Source of the DNA: a virus | Length of the DNA stretch: 64,000 nt | Strand: one strand, 5' to 3' | IMG/VR virus record: IMGVR_UViG_3300048687_000070 | Span: 24,185-88,184 of that record | Part shown: positions 1 to 9,674 of the stretch, one piece after another | Layout: each line of letters opens with the position of its first letter | How positions within the stretch are numbered: the first letter of the stretch is position 1 | The notes under the pieces: model-generated | What the model saw: only the letters and a program-made list of their open reading frames with translations | Databases searched by the model: none | What the model was told of the DNA's origin: nothing | Made by a program: the position numbers and the translations under genes

Positions 1-71
1 CAGGCCCGCCGGGGCGACCCCCCCCCGGAGCCCCGGCGGGCCTCCCTTCGCACACCCTTTTGGAGCTCGAA

Positions 72-362
72 ATGCAGAACATGAGCCGCGAGGAACTCAT
101 CAGCCTCCTCGACAACATCAAGGACCGCGTTGCCTCCGGTGACAGCCTCGAAGGCAATCTCCAGTACCTGCTCGCCGATGTTGATGCCGAACATCCCTAC
201 GACGTAGCCGCCACCTTCCGAGTCGGCAACCGGACGGGGCAGGGCGGCTGCATCCTGATCGGCGCCGACTCCGGCCCTCTCGGCTGCAAGTGCGGCGACA
301 CGGTCGGCCCGTTCGACGCGAAGACCGGCCGCTGCGAGACCTGCACCGAGGCCGCCGCATGA
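72..362 (+). CDS. Hypothetical phage protein with C-terminal CxC...CxxC Zn motif
   Basis: GGAG RBS before ATG72; stop overlaps next start (ATGA). C-terminus shared with 62805..63134. Confidence 0.75.
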   Translation: MQNMSREELISLLDNIKDRVASGDSLEGNLQYLLADVDAEHPYDVAATFRVGNRTGQGGCILIGADSGPLGCKCGDTVGPFDAKTGRCETCTEAAA

Positions 363-1234
363 CCACGATCGCCGAGCCGACGACCACCGAGGCGCCCGCC
401 CTGGGCCTGCACACGGACCTCTCCAACGAGGCCTACCACGCGGACAAGACGAGCCTGTCGTCGTCCGGCGCCCGCAAGCTCCTGCCGCCGTCCTGCCCCG
501 CCAAGTTCCGCTGGGAGCAGGACAACCCGCAGCCGGCCAGCAAGACGTTCGACTACGGCAACGCCGCCCACAAACTCGTGCTCGGCAACGGCCCGCAGCT
601 CGTCGTCATCGACCACGACACCTGGAACACCAAGGCCGCCAAGGCCGCGGTCGCCGAGGCCCGCGCCATGGGCGCCATCCCCCTCAAGCGGCACGAGATG
701 CAGATGGTCGCCGACATGGCCACCGCCATCCGACGCCACCCGCTCGCCGCCGCGCTCCTCGACCCCGCCTACGGGGCGCCCGAACAGTCCGGGTTCTGGA
801 TCGACGGCCCGTCCGGGATCCGGCGCCGAGTCCGCTTCGACTGGCTGCCCTCCATGCAGGGAGGCCGACTGATCGTCCCCGACTACAAGACAGCCGCCGA
901 CGCCAGCGACGACGCCTTCCAGAAGGCCATCGACAAGTACGGCTACAACCAGCAAGCCGCCTGGTACGAGGAAGCCGCCCAAGCCCTCGACTTCGGAGAC
1001 GAGACCACCGAACTCCTCTTCGTGGTCCAGGAGAAGACGGCCCCCTACCTGGTCAACGTCATCGGCCTCGACTACTTCGCCCGCGAGATCGGCCGCGCCA
1101 AGAACCGGGCCGCCATCGAGACCTTCGCCGAGTGCACCGAGAGCGGCAACTGGCCCGGCTACGCCGACGAAAACCCCAACTACGTGCCTCTGCCCGGCTG
1201 GGCCGAGAACCGCGACAAGGAGATCTACCTGTGA
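359..1234 (+). CDS. RecE/exonuclease VIII-like PD-(D/E)XK nuclease
   Basis: NEAYHA..SLSSSGARKLL..CPAKF, FDYGNAAH, RVRFDWL, PDYKT, YNQQAAWY motifs. Confidence 0.9.
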   Translation: MTTIAEPTTTEAPALGLHTDLSNEAYHADKTSLSSSGARKLLPPSCPAKFRWEQDNPQPASKTFDYGNAAHKLVLGNGPQLVVIDHDTWNTKAAKAAVAEARAMGAIPLKRHEMQMVADMATAIRRHPLAAALLDPAYGAPEQSGFWIDGPSGIRRRVRFDWLPSMQGGRLIVPDYKTAADASDDAFQKAIDKYGYNQQAAWYEEAAQALDFGDETTELLFVVQEKTAPYLVNVIGLDYFAREIGRAKNRAAIETFAECTESGNWPGYADENPNYVPLPGWAENRDKEIYL

Positions 1235-1240
1235 GCTTCC
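395..1240 (+). repeat. Long near-identical direct repeat, copy 1 (copy 2 at ~63158-64000)
   Basis: Same nuclease gene with scattered substitutions, e.g. PQLVV/PKLVV, KAIDK/KATDK, DYFA/DFFA. Confidence 0.95.
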
Positions 1241-2103
1241 CCGCCCCCACCCAGCCGGCCACCCAGATCGGGCAGGCCACCGCGATCGAGCTCTCGCGTG
1301 CCGAGGCCGAGGTCAAGGCCGCCGTGTTCGTCGCCAAGCAGAACCCGCGCAACATCCAGACCGCGCAGGCCGAAATGCGCTTCGTGTGCAGCCAGCTCGC
1401 CGTCGCCGAGAAGGCGTTCTTCTCGTACCCGAAGGCGAAGCAGATCATCAAGGGCCCGTCCATCCACCTCGCCCGCGAACTCGCCCTGATCTGGGGCAAC
1501 CTCCAGCACGGAACCATGGAACTGTCCCGCGACACCGCGGCCGGCCAGTCCGAGATCCTCGCCTACGCCTGGGACCTGGAGCGCAACTCCCGCAGCTCCC
1601 AGATCTTCATCGCCCCGCACGTCACGGACACCAAGCAGGGCAAGAAGAACCTCACCGATCTTCGCGACATCTACGAGAACAACAGCAACCTCGGCGCCCG
1701 CCGCCTCCGAGAAGCGATCTTCGCGGTCCTGCCGGCCTGGTTCGTCGCCGAAGCCGTGACGCTCTGCCAGCAGACGATCGACAACGGCAACGGAACCCCG
1801 CTCGCAGAGCGGATCGAAACGGCCGTCCGCGAGTACAAGGCCGTCGGCGTCACGCTCCAGCAGCTGGAGAAGAAGCTCGGCCGACCGCAGGCCGAGTGGA
1901 CCGACAAGGACGCAGGCGAACTCCAGGTCATCTACCAGTCCGTGTACCGCGGCGAGATCACCCGCGACCAGGCCTTCCCGCCCGAGCACATCACCGGCGC
2001 CGAGATCACCAAGAAGCGCGAGACGCCGACGGCGAACGACCACGCGCAGGAACCCAAGCCCGAGCCGGCCGACTGGCCCGAGACCGTACAGCCCCCGCAG
2101 TAG
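1231..2103 (+). CDS. Putative ssDNA-annealing/recombination partner of the RecE-like nuclease
   Basis: GTGA overlap with the nuclease; occupies the RecT position; GPSIHLARELA..WGN motif. Function inferred from position. Confidence 0.6.
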   Translation: MSFPAPTQPATQIGQATAIELSRAEAEVKAAVFVAKQNPRNIQTAQAEMRFVCSQLAVAEKAFFSYPKAKQIIKGPSIHLARELALIWGNLQHGTMELSRDTAAGQSEILAYAWDLERNSRSSQIFIAPHVTDTKQGKKNLTDLRDIYENNSNLGARRLREAIFAVLPAWFVAEAVTLCQQTIDNGNGTPLAERIETAVREYKAVGVTLQQLEKKLGRPQAEWTDKDAGELQVIYQSVYRGEITRDQAFPPEHITGAEITKKRETPTANDHAQEPKPEPADWPETVQPPQ

Positions 2104-2163
2104 CCCGCACACGCCTGACCCGGCTGCGGGCAATGCAGCCGGGTCCCCAACAGGAGACCACAC

Positions 2164-2439
2164 ATGACCAACCAGACGTCCGACTTCCGCTCCACCTCCG
2201 CGCAGGAGTGGGCTGACGCCCTCCAGACGAGCAAGCTCCAGCCCGGCCCGACCTTCGGCTACCAGATGGTCGACGGCACCTGGACCTGCGCCCTGCACCT
2301 CGCCATCAGCAGCGAGCTCACGGCCGACGCGCAGCGCCTCCTCGCCGCCGAACTCCAGCAGGCCATCAGCGACACCGTGAACCGCGTCCTCTACCTGGAC
2401 CCCGTCAGCGTCCGCGTCCGCGAGGAGGCGGCCCGATGA
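2164..2439 (+). CDS. Hypothetical protein
   Basis: AGGAG RBS; coupled to next ORF. Confidence 0.7.
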   Translation: MTNQTSDFRSTSAQEWADALQTSKLQPGPTFGYQMVDGTWTCALHLAISSELTADAQRLLAAELQQAISDTVNRVLYLDPVSVRVREEAAR

Positions 2440-2831
2440 AGGCACTGACCATCAAACAGCCCTGGGCGGACGCGATCGCCCACAGCACGAAGCGGACCGA
2501 GAACCGCACCTGGACCACTCGCTACCGCGGCCCGATCCTCATCCACGCCGGCGTCAGCTACGACCGCCACGCCGACCTGCCCGACGGCACCGTCGTACTC
2601 GACTGGCCCGACTACCGGGGCGCGATCATCGCGACCGCCGAACTCGCCGACGTCCACTTCTCTGCTGGTTGCTGCACGCCGTGGGGCGAACCGGACGTCT
2701 ACCACTGGCAGCTCACCGAGGTGTACGCCCTGCCGGAGCCCGTACTCACCAAGGGACGCCTGCAGCTGTGGACGCCAGCGCCCGCCATCATCCGCGCCGC
2801 CCTCGACCAGGTCGAGGAGGACGCGTCATGA
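2436..2831 (+). CDS. ASCH domain protein
   Basis: MKALTIKQPWA..K..ENRTW..YRGPILIHAG signature. Confidence 0.85.
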   Translation: MKALTIKQPWADAIAHSTKRTENRTWTTRYRGPILIHAGVSYDRHADLPDGTVVLDWPDYRGAIIATAELADVHFSAGCCTPWGEPDVYHWQLTEVYALPEPVLTKGRLQLWTPAPAIIRAALDQVEEDAS

Positions 2832-3193
2832 GCGCCCAACTTCAGTTCCCCGAGCCGGTCCACGGCGCCATCAGCCCCGCCGCGGCCGAGCAGGCGAAGG
2901 CCAACGGCATAGCCCGCGCCACCGAGAACACGAACCCCGACTGGGCGACGGCCTGCCGCAACGCGATCACCGTCATGGCCCGCCGCGGCATCCCGTTCCA
3001 GGCCGCCGACCTCATCGCCGAACGCCTCGTCGACGAGCCGGACTCCACCGCCCGCTGGGGCGCCGCCTTCAACGGCGCCGCCCGCGCAGGCCTCATCGAG
3101 GAAGCCGGCTTCGTCAAGTCCAAGCGCGCCACCGTCCACGGCTCCATCTGCAAGCAGTGGACCGGCACCGCGCAGGGGAGGGCCGCCGCGTGA
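2828..3193 (+). CDS. Hypothetical phage protein
   Basis: GAGGAGG RBS; ATGA overlap. Confidence 0.7.
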   Translation: MSAQLQFPEPVHGAISPAAAEQAKANGIARATENTNPDWATACRNAITVMARRGIPFQAADLIAERLVDEPDSTARWGAAFNGAARAGLIEEAGFVKSKRATVHGSICKQWTGTAQGRAAA

Positions 3194-3453
3194 AAGAGGA
3201 CGTCCTCGCCGCGATCGCCACGTTCGCGACGCTCACCGAGCTCATCACCTGGCTCCTCATCGCCGCCGCCGCCATCGGCTACACGGTCATCGGCTGGCTC
3301 ACCTACCGGATCGTCCACCTCACCGCCGCCGCCATCGCCGACCGGCACCGCCTCCGCCGCGACCTCCGCCGCCTGGAGAGCTACATCAACCACCCCAGCG
3401 TCCGCCGCTACCACGACAGCGTCCAACCCGCCCGGAAGGAGGAGACGCCATGA
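3190..3453 (+). CDS. Small membrane protein
   Basis: Hydrophobic N-terminal stretch; GTGA overlap. Confidence 0.65.
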   Translation: MKEDVLAAIATFATLTELITWLLIAAAAIGYTVIGWLTYRIVHLTAAAIADRHRLRRDLRRLESYINHPSVRRYHDSVQPARKEETP

Positions 3454-4301
3454 CCAGCACCAAGACCCTCCCGCCGCACGGAACCTACGCCCGCGCCAAC
3501 GGCAGCCCCGGAAGGCGCCCCGCATGCCACTGCGAGCCGTGCCGGACCACACGTAACCGCATCAAGAAGCGCAACAAGGTCAACCGAGAGCTCGGCCGCG
3601 CAGCCATGGTCAACGCCACCTCCGCGCGAGCCCACTTGGCATTACTGCGGCAGACCATGACCTGGCCGCAGATCGCGGACCGCACCTCCTGCGAAGAAGG
3701 GCACCTCCGGGAGATCGCTGTCGGCAAGGTTCCGACCATCCGGCGCACCACGCTCAACAAAGTGCTCGCAACGAAGCCCGAGCCGCCAGCCCCCGGCAAG
3801 TTCGTCGACGCCACCGGCACCATCCGCCGGGTACGTGCCCTCCGAGCCGTCGGCTACTCGGCGACGAACATCGCCACATCGTTCGGGTTCGCCGAGACCC
3901 ACGTCCGCCAGATCTCCCGCGGCACCCAGCCGACCGTGCGGCAGCGCATCGCCGACAAGATCGCCGCCGTCTACGCGGAAATCAGCAACCTGCCTGTACC
4001 CATCGGTGCGGGCGCGACCATGTCCCGCAACTACGCGGCAGCCCAAGGATGGGCGCCACCCGGAGCCTGGGACGACATCGACGACCCAAACTCCACGCCG
4101 GATACGACGGTCATCGAGCTCAACTTCCACGAGCGTGCCGAACTCCGCCGCGAAGAGATCATCCACTTCGCCTGGTGCGGCCACACCCCCGAGCAGATCC
4201 TCGACCGCCTCAACGGCGAAGTGTCCATCTCCACCGTCCGCGCCGTCGTGCACGAGTGGCGCACCGGGGAGAAGCGCGACCGGAAGCAGGTGGCCGCGTG
4301 A
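3450..4301 (+). CDS. Zn-motif plus multi-HTH putative DNA-binding protein
   Basis: PHGTYAR..CHCEPCR, then HTH-like segments MTWPQIADR and GYSATNIA. Confidence 0.7.
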   Translation: MTSTKTLPPHGTYARANGSPGRRPACHCEPCRTTRNRIKKRNKVNRELGRAAMVNATSARAHLALLRQTMTWPQIADRTSCEEGHLREIAVGKVPTIRRTTLNKVLATKPEPPAPGKFVDATGTIRRVRALRAVGYSATNIATSFGFAETHVRQISRGTQPTVRQRIADKIAAVYAEISNLPVPIGAGATMSRNYAAAQGWAPPGAWDDIDDPNSTPDTTVIELNFHERAELRREEIIHFAWCGHTPEQILDRLNGEVSISTVRAVVHEWRTGEKRDRKQVAA

Positions 4302-4729
4302 ACGCCAACCGTGTCGGCGCCGGCCAGCGCGAACGCCTCTACGCCTCCACCACCGTCACCTTCGACGGCGACCTCGACCTCATCGCCATCGACCGTGCCC
4401 TCAACGGTGAACACGTGAAACTCACCGCCGATGAGAAGCGGTACGCGGCACGGATCCTCGACGCCCGCGGATATGACTTGACTGCCATCGGGAAGCGCAT
4501 CGGCTCCGACCGCACCACCGTCGAGGGCTGGAAGAGGAACGACTGGAAGCCCGGCCCTTCGTCCATACCGCCGACGTACAGCCTCCCCGCCGAGCCGAAG
4601 TGCGGCGAGCCCCGCATGTACCGCCGACACCTCAAGAACGGCGAGAAGCCGTGCGACGCCTGCCGCGCCGCCAACGCTGCCGCCGACCGCCGATACCGGC
4701 TCACCGGCAGCCGCGCACCAGCCGCGTGA
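4298..4729 (+). CDS. HTH protein with C-terminal CG..YRRH..CDAC Zn motif
   Basis: LTAIGKRIGSDRTTVEGW helix-turn-helix-like segment. Confidence 0.7.
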   Translation: MNANRVGAGQRERLYASTTVTFDGDLDLIAIDRALNGEHVKLTADEKRYAARILDARGYDLTAIGKRIGSDRTTVEGWKRNDWKPGPSSIPPTYSLPAEPKCGEPRMYRRHLKNGEKPCDACRAANAAADRRYRLTGSRAPAA

Positions 4730-4790
4730 CCGGCCGCCGCGCCGGGACCTGACCAACCCGCCTCACCCGCTCCGCCAGAGAGAAGTTCTC

Positions 4791-5816
4791 ATGCCCTGGG
4801 TCCGTTTGGACGATCGCTTCCCCTCGCACCGCAAGGTGGCGCTGCTGTCCGATCGCGCCTTCAGGCTGTACATCTCGGGCCTCTGCTGGTGCTCGGAGAA
4901 CCTCACCGAAGGCAAGATCCTCGACCGTGAACTCGCCGTCGTGTCCCGAGTCCGAGGCCTCAAGGCCGCCGCGAAAGAGCTCGAAGAAGCCCACCTGTGG
5001 GATCGGGTTAGCGGCGGCTGGCAGATCCACGACTACCTCGAATACAACCCCGAGCGCGCCAAGATCCAGGCCGATCGTCAGGCCAATGCCGCCCGGCAGC
5101 AGTCATTCCGCGACCGGAAGAAAGCGGAGCGCGCAGCCAAGAAGGTCGCCGAAGAAGCAGCCCGTAACGCCATGCGTAACGGCGTTACGGACCCTGCCGA
5201 GAACGGCGAAAACGATACGACGGCGACAGGAACGCGACACGACGACGACACGACGACGCGAGAAAGCCACGCGCAAAATCAGCGATCGTCGCAGGTCAGC
5301 GAGATTCGTAACGCCGTTAATAACGGCACCCCCGTCCCACTCCCCGTAGTTCCTCCTACGGAGGAACTACAACAACAGAAAGCTAGCTACGAAGAGCCCG
5401 CCCGCATCGGCGATCGCCCCCGCATCCCCGATGCCTCGCGCCCCCTCGTCGACAAGATCACCGCCCAAGGCATGGTCGTCGGCTGGGACCTGCAGCCCAA
5501 CGAGTGGTTCCTCATCGACGCCCTCATCCGTCGCTGCGGCGTGGACGCCCTCGTCGTCTCCGCGGTCGGCAGCTGGCAGGGCGCCCGCAGACAGCCCCGT
5601 TCCGCCCGCTACTTCATCCCGGCATGGCGAGACGTGCCCGACGCGATCACCCCAGAAGCGCCCCACGAACACTCCCTGCCCATCGCGGTCGGACAGGTCG
5701 TTCCGATCAACGGCCAGCAGCGCCCCGCCACTTCAGACCTCCGCACCCAACAGGCGATCGAGACCGGTCGCCGCCTGCAAGCCCTCGCCGACGCCAAGAA
5801 CCAGGAGAACCGATGA
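4791..5816 (+). CDS. Replication initiator (lambda O-like replisome organiser)
   Basis: MPWVRLDDRF..HRKV N-terminus, WQIHDYLEYNP, and an internal repeat-rich linker. Confidence 0.7.
   Translation: MPWVRLDDRFPSHRKVALLSDRAFRLYISGLCWCSENLTEGKILDRELAVVSRVRGLKAAAKELEEAHLWDRVSGGWQIHDYLEYNPERAKIQADRQANAARQQSFRDRKKAERAAKKVAEEAARNAMRNGVTDPAENGENDTTATGTRHDDDTTTRESHAQNQRSSQVSEIRNAVNNGTPVPLPVVPPTEELQQQKASYEEPARIGDRPRIPDASRPLVDKITAQGMVVGWDLQPNEWFLIDALIRRCGVDALVVSAVGSWQGARRQPRSARYFIPAWRDVPDAITPEAPHEHSLPIAVGQVVPINGQQRPATSDLRTQQAIETGRRLQALADAKNQENR
5161..5330. promoter_or_regulatory. Putative replication origin (iteron-like repeats) within the initiator gene
   Basis: CGTAACG repeats, palindrome CGTAACGGCGTTACG, and a CGACACGACGACG array. 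Confidence 0.55.
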
Positions 5817-6499
5817 TCAGCTACGAAGAGGCCGGACAGCTCCTAGGTCTCGCCGCCGCCCGAGACCAGCGCACCGTCGGAGACGCCGACGTCCTCGCCT
5901 GGCACGCAGACCTCAACACGGCGGGCGTCTCCTACGCCGACGCCAGCGCCGCCCTCACCCGCTTCTACGCCGTCGACATGGCCGGCCTCGAACCCGAGAA
6001 GCGCCGCCGCGTCACCACCCCCGACGTCATCGGCATCGCCCGCAAGATCCGCAACGAGCGCCTCGCCAACTTCACCTACGAACCGCCACCCGGTGACTCC
6101 GACCCGGACTATGTCCGGCGCCTCCGCGGCCAGATCGAAGCCACCGCCAGCGGGCAGGTACCGCCACCGCGGGAGCGCCCCGCCCTGGAGGGCGAGCCCA
6201 GCGCGCAGATGCGAGCCCTCGTTGCCGGGATCGGGCGCCCCGTCGCCGACACCGACGAGGAAGCCGCCGCGGAGGCCGAGCGCGACACCGTCCGCCGCTC
6301 CGGACCGCTCGGCCGGGAGTGCCCCAAGTGCGCGGCTGCCATCGGCCGGCCGTGTCGCACACCCCGCGGCAAGGAGCGTGCACCGCATCCGGCCCGCAAG
6401 GGCGAGACAGCGAACCCCGAGGAAGAGCGCGCCGAGATGGACCGGCGCCGCGCCGCCTCCGCCGCCTCCCTGCAACGCCGCCAAGAGGAGATCGCCTGA
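5813..6499 (+). CDS. Helicase loader/inhibitor-like protein with Zn finger
   Basis: EAGQLLGLAAARDQRTVG..VLAW N-terminus directly after the initiator; CPKC..C..H motif. Confidence 0.6.
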   Translation: MISYEEAGQLLGLAAARDQRTVGDADVLAWHADLNTAGVSYADASAALTRFYAVDMAGLEPEKRRRVTTPDVIGIARKIRNERLANFTYEPPPGDSDPDYVRRLRGQIEATASGQVPPPRERPALEGEPSAQMRALVAGIGRPVADTDEEAAAEAERDTVRRSGPLGRECPKCAAAIGRPCRTPRGKERAPHPARKGETANPEEERAEMDRRRAASAASLQRRQEEIA

Positions 6500-6792
6500 T
6501 GGACGCCAACGACCCGCGCATGGACCTCGTCGACTGCGAGCTCGCCCGCATGCGCTACGAGGCCGGCGACACCGGCATCCAGATCGCAGAAGGCTGGGCG
6601 GCCGCCGCGGTGTACGCGATCCTCGCCGTCCACGAAGGCCGGGCCAAAGACCCGCGATCCTTCCCGGGCTTCGGTGACGGCACTCCGGAGGAGACAGCCC
6701 GCCGCATCGTCGCCCGGCTCCTCGACGCCGGATGGCGACCACCGGACGCCGAATGCCTCGACGTGCCGGAGATCCCGGAGTCTGCGTCGTGA
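6499..6792 (+). CDS. Hypothetical protein
   Basis: GAGGAG RBS; TGATG coupling. Confidence 0.7.
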   Translation: MDANDPRMDLVDCELARMRYEAGDTGIQIAEGWAAAAVYAILAVHEGRAKDPRSFPGFGDGTPEETARRIVARLLDAGWRPPDAECLDVPEIPESAS

Positions 6793-7106
6793 GCGACTTC
6801 GAGCCGGAGATCGACGACATCCGGGCGATGCGCCGCGAGAACGGCGGCGCCGACCTGAAGGCGTTCCTCCGCCAGCAGATCGCGAACGGCCGCACCCGCC
6901 GTGAACAGCCCGCCGCAGGGCCGGTGTTGAAGCCGCCCGGCCACCGCCCCGGCGCCTGGCCGCCCGGTTGTAGCCCGCCCGGCCCACCGCCGGAACGCCA
7001 GATACCCGACCACGTGTGGCGGGCCGCAGCCCGCCACACCAGCAACGAGACCAACCGACCCGACGAGCCGTGCGACTGCGGCAACTGCCCTGAGGAGACC
7101 CGATGA
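6789..7106 (+). CDS. Hypothetical Pro-rich protein
   Basis: GTGA coupling; C-terminal CDCGNC. Confidence 0.65.
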   Translation: MSDFEPEIDDIRAMRRENGGADLKAFLRQQIANGRTRREQPAAGPVLKPPGHRPGAWPPGCSPPGPPPERQIPDHVWRAAARHTSNETNRPDEPCDCGNCPEETR

Positions 7107-7408
7107 CCCTGCATTCCGGCGCCCCGATGCCCGACAGCCTGCGGCACTTCATGCGCGCCAAGCAGCACCCGGCCCGCTCCGTGCCGTGCCCGCACTGCGG
7201 GGCGCACGCCCACCAGCCGTGCCATCTCCGCACTGCCAACCGGCAGTTGGTTCAGCCGCACCCGCAGCGGGTCTCGGACTGGGCGCAGACGACGGCCTGC
7301 TGCCCCGAGTGCCAGGTCGAGCCGGCCATCCAGTGCCACGACGACGGCCGCGCCCGCAACACCGTTCACGCCCGCCGCTACCAGGAAGCCGAGGAAGTCG
7401 CCGCATGA
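7103..7408 (+). CDS. Tandem Zn-finger protein
   Basis: Two CPxC...C...H motifs. Confidence 0.75.
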   Translation: MTLHSGAPMPDSLRHFMRAKQHPARSVPCPHCGAHAHQPCHLRTANRQLVQPHPQRVSDWAQTTACCPECQVEPAIQCHDDGRARNTVHARRYQEAEEVAA

Positions 7409-7749
7409 CCGCCAACCGCAAGGCTCGCACTGAGGGCGACACGGCGATCTCCCGGGTCGTGGGGCAGAACCTCAAGCGCCTGCGGGCCGCCCGTGGGCTG
7501 TCCCAGCGCCGACTGGTGGCACTGGCGCAGGAGAAGGGTTTCCGCCTCAATCACGCCTCGTACTCCCGAATCGAGCTGGGCCGCAATGCGAAGGGCGGGC
7601 TGCGCGCGGTCACCGTTGACGAACTGGTGGCCTACGCCACGGTTCTCGAGGTCCGGCCCGAGCGCTTGCTTGAGGAGCCGACGTGTCTCGCCTGCTGCGG
7701 CGCGCCGCCTGCAGGGTTCGCATGCCGCGAGTGCGGAGCCGAGTCGTGA
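7405..7749 (+). CDS. XRE-family HTH regulator
   Basis: GQNLKRLRAARGLSQRRL..SRIELG. Confidence 0.8.
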   Translation: MTANRKARTEGDTAISRVVGQNLKRLRAARGLSQRRLVALAQEKGFRLNHASYSRIELGRNAKGGLRAVTVDELVAYATVLEVRPERLLEEPTCLACCGAPPAGFACRECGAES

Positions 7750-7961
7750 CTGCGCTCGACCGCCTGATGGCGGAGTCTCTGCCGACAGGCACGTTCGGTC
7801 ACGCCGTCCCCGAGAGGCCGCGCGTCCTCGAGCGGCGGTCCCTCTGGACGGCGACCGAGCAGGCCGCCCATGTGGCAGCGCTGGAAGCCGAGTTGGACCG
7901 CCTCGAAGGCCGTGGCACCGGCAAGCCGGCGCTGCGGGTGATTGACGGCGAGGCCGCGTGA
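7746..7961 (+). CDS. Hypothetical protein
   Basis: GTGA coupling. Confidence 0.6.
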   Translation: MTALDRLMAESLPTGTFGHAVPERPRVLERRSLWTATEQAAHVAALEAELDRLEGRGTGKPALRVIDGEAA

Positions 7962-8163
7962 TGCCGCGCGTCGTGTCCCGCCTGGGTGACCGGTGGCCGC
8001 CCGGGTCGCGCCCGCGGGGCCTGTGCGGCGGTCTGGAGCACCGCTGGACGCCTCAACCCGGCCCCGGCGGCCCTCGCGTCGTCCGGGAGGCTCCTGGGCG
8101 CTCTCAGAGCCGCACAGGGCGTCGCGGCGCCACTGGCCTCAACCCCGGGCCGTGGGGCCGCGG

Positions 8164-8367
8164 ATGACCACCCCGCCCGCCCCGCGCTGCGCCGCCTGCC
8201 GTCGCCGCCTGAGGCGCCCCACCACATCGGGTCTCGGCCCGGTCTGCGAGAAGCGCCTCCAGCCCATCCACACCCCGACCGCCGCGAGCAGCGGGCCAGT
8301 GCCCGTGACCGACGGCCAGGTCGAACTGCCGCTGACCGAACACCAACCAACCCTCTGGAGCCTGTAA
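8164..8367 (+). CDS. Small Zn-ribbon protein (DUF6011-like)
   Basis: CAACRRRL...GLGPVC motif. Confidence 0.6.
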   Translation: MTTPPAPRCAACRRRLRRPTTSGLGPVCEKRLQPIHTPTAASSGPVPVTDGQVELPLTEHQPTLWSL

Positions 8368-8804
8368 TGACCACACGAGTTCGCACCCATACGCCGGACC
8401 GCGAGAACCCGGACGGCTCGACGACGATCCACCTGAAGCGCGCCTGCAACGGCTGCGGTCTGAAGCTCGGTGACGTCGAGGACTGGGACGTCGACGACCG
8501 CGGTGAACTGACCGACGTGCGTGACGAGTGCGCGCACTGCCAGCCGGTCGTCGAAGCGGAGCTCGCCGGCTGCCGTACCTGGGAGTTGCTGCCGCGGAAC
8601 ATCGCCCGCGTCGACAACGACATCGACCAGTACGGGGTGTTCGCGAAGGGCCACTGGCAGGAGGTCGACGGCAAGCTGCAGGTTGTCGGGCTGCGCATCG
8701 GCGCGGGCGAGGACCGGGTGGTGGCCCGATTCGGCGACTGGATCATCCGCCGCCCGGACGGGACGTGGGCCGTGCACGCCGCGCCGAAGGAGGCGCAGCG
8801 ATGA
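8367..8804 (+). CDS. Hypothetical protein with CxxC motifs
   Basis: TAATG coupling; GGAG RBS. Confidence 0.7.
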   Translation: MTTRVRTHTPDRENPDGSTTIHLKRACNGCGLKLGDVEDWDVDDRGELTDVRDECAHCQPVVEAELAGCRTWELLPRNIARVDNDIDQYGVFAKGHWQEVDGKLQVVGLRIGAGEDRVVARFGDWIIRRPDGTWAVHAAPKEAQR

Positions 8805-9010
8805 CCGATCCCCGTGTCCGCGCTCTCGCCGAGGCCTACCACCGCACCGTCCAGCCGAAGACCACGGAGCCCCGGGCGTGGAACGACCTGACCGGTGCCG
8901 AGCAGAACCGGCTCCTGTGGGACGCCGAGCGCTGGCTCACCGCAGCCGTCGAGGCCGGTATCGCACCCGCCCAAGAGATCAGCAGCCCGACCCGAAGGAG
9001 CAGCAAGTGA
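8801..9010 (+). CDS. Hypothetical protein
   Basis: AGGAGG RBS; ATGA overlap. Confidence 0.65.
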   Translation: MTDPRVRALAEAYHRTVQPKTTEPRAWNDLTGAEQNRLLWDAERWLTAAVEAGIAPAQEISSPTRRSSK

Positions 9011-9285
9011 CCACCTACCGAATCGAGTTCGGCCCGGCCTGGCCCGTCCCGCCGATCACCGTCGACTTCAGTGACCGCACTCAGGCTGCCCGCACTGTCG
9101 CCGAGCACGCCATCCCTCACCTGCGTCCCGTCCTCGCCGAGAAGGGGCGGTCGGAGCTGGCGGACTGCTTCTTCCAGACCAACCGGGAGCTGACGGCGGG
9201 CCAGTTCATGTGGCTCGACCTGGCGGGCGAGAAGGCCGCCCAGTTCTGCCCGGCCCGGCTGACCGTCGTGGAGGCGCAGCGATGA
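9007..9285 (+). CDS. Hypothetical protein
   Basis: AAGGAG RBS; GTGA overlap. Confidence 0.65.
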   Translation: MTTYRIEFGPAWPVPPITVDFSDRTQAARTVAEHAIPHLRPVLAEKGRSELADCFFQTNRELTAGQFMWLDLAGEKAAQFCPARLTVVEAQR

Positions 9286-9674
9286 GTGCCCCGACTCGTA
9301 TCCAGCGCCGCCGTACCGCCGGGTGGCGCGCCCCGGAGGGTGCCGTGTATGTCGGTCGCCCGACCCGCTTCGGGAACCCGGCTCGCCTGATCCGTGTCGA
9401 CCACGGCCAGTTGATCGTCCGCTGGGATCTGAACGGCATCCCTGTCGGCACTTGGCCGGCCGACGGAGTGGATGCCCGCCGCTACGCCACCGAGCTGTAC
9501 GCATCGTGGATCAACCAGCCCGAGCAGGAGAGCGCCCGGAAGCTTTTCCGCGCCCTGCTGTATGGCCGCGATCTCCTGTGCTGGTGCCCGCTCCCGGAGC
9601 CCGGCCAGCCCGACCACTGCCACGGTGCGGTGCTGCTGCGGCTCAGCAACTCGACGGCCGGGGTGCAGCGATGA
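9282..9674 (+). CDS. DUF4326-like protein
   Basis: RIQRRRT.GWR.PEGAVYVGRPTRFGNP ... GRDLLCWCP...CHGAVL. Confidence 0.8.
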   Translation: MSAPTRIQRRRTAGWRAPEGAVYVGRPTRFGNPARLIRVDHGQLIVRWDLNGIPVGTWPADGVDARRYATELYASWINQPEQESARKLFRALLYGRDLLCWCPLPEPGQPDHCHGAVLLRLSNSTAGVQR

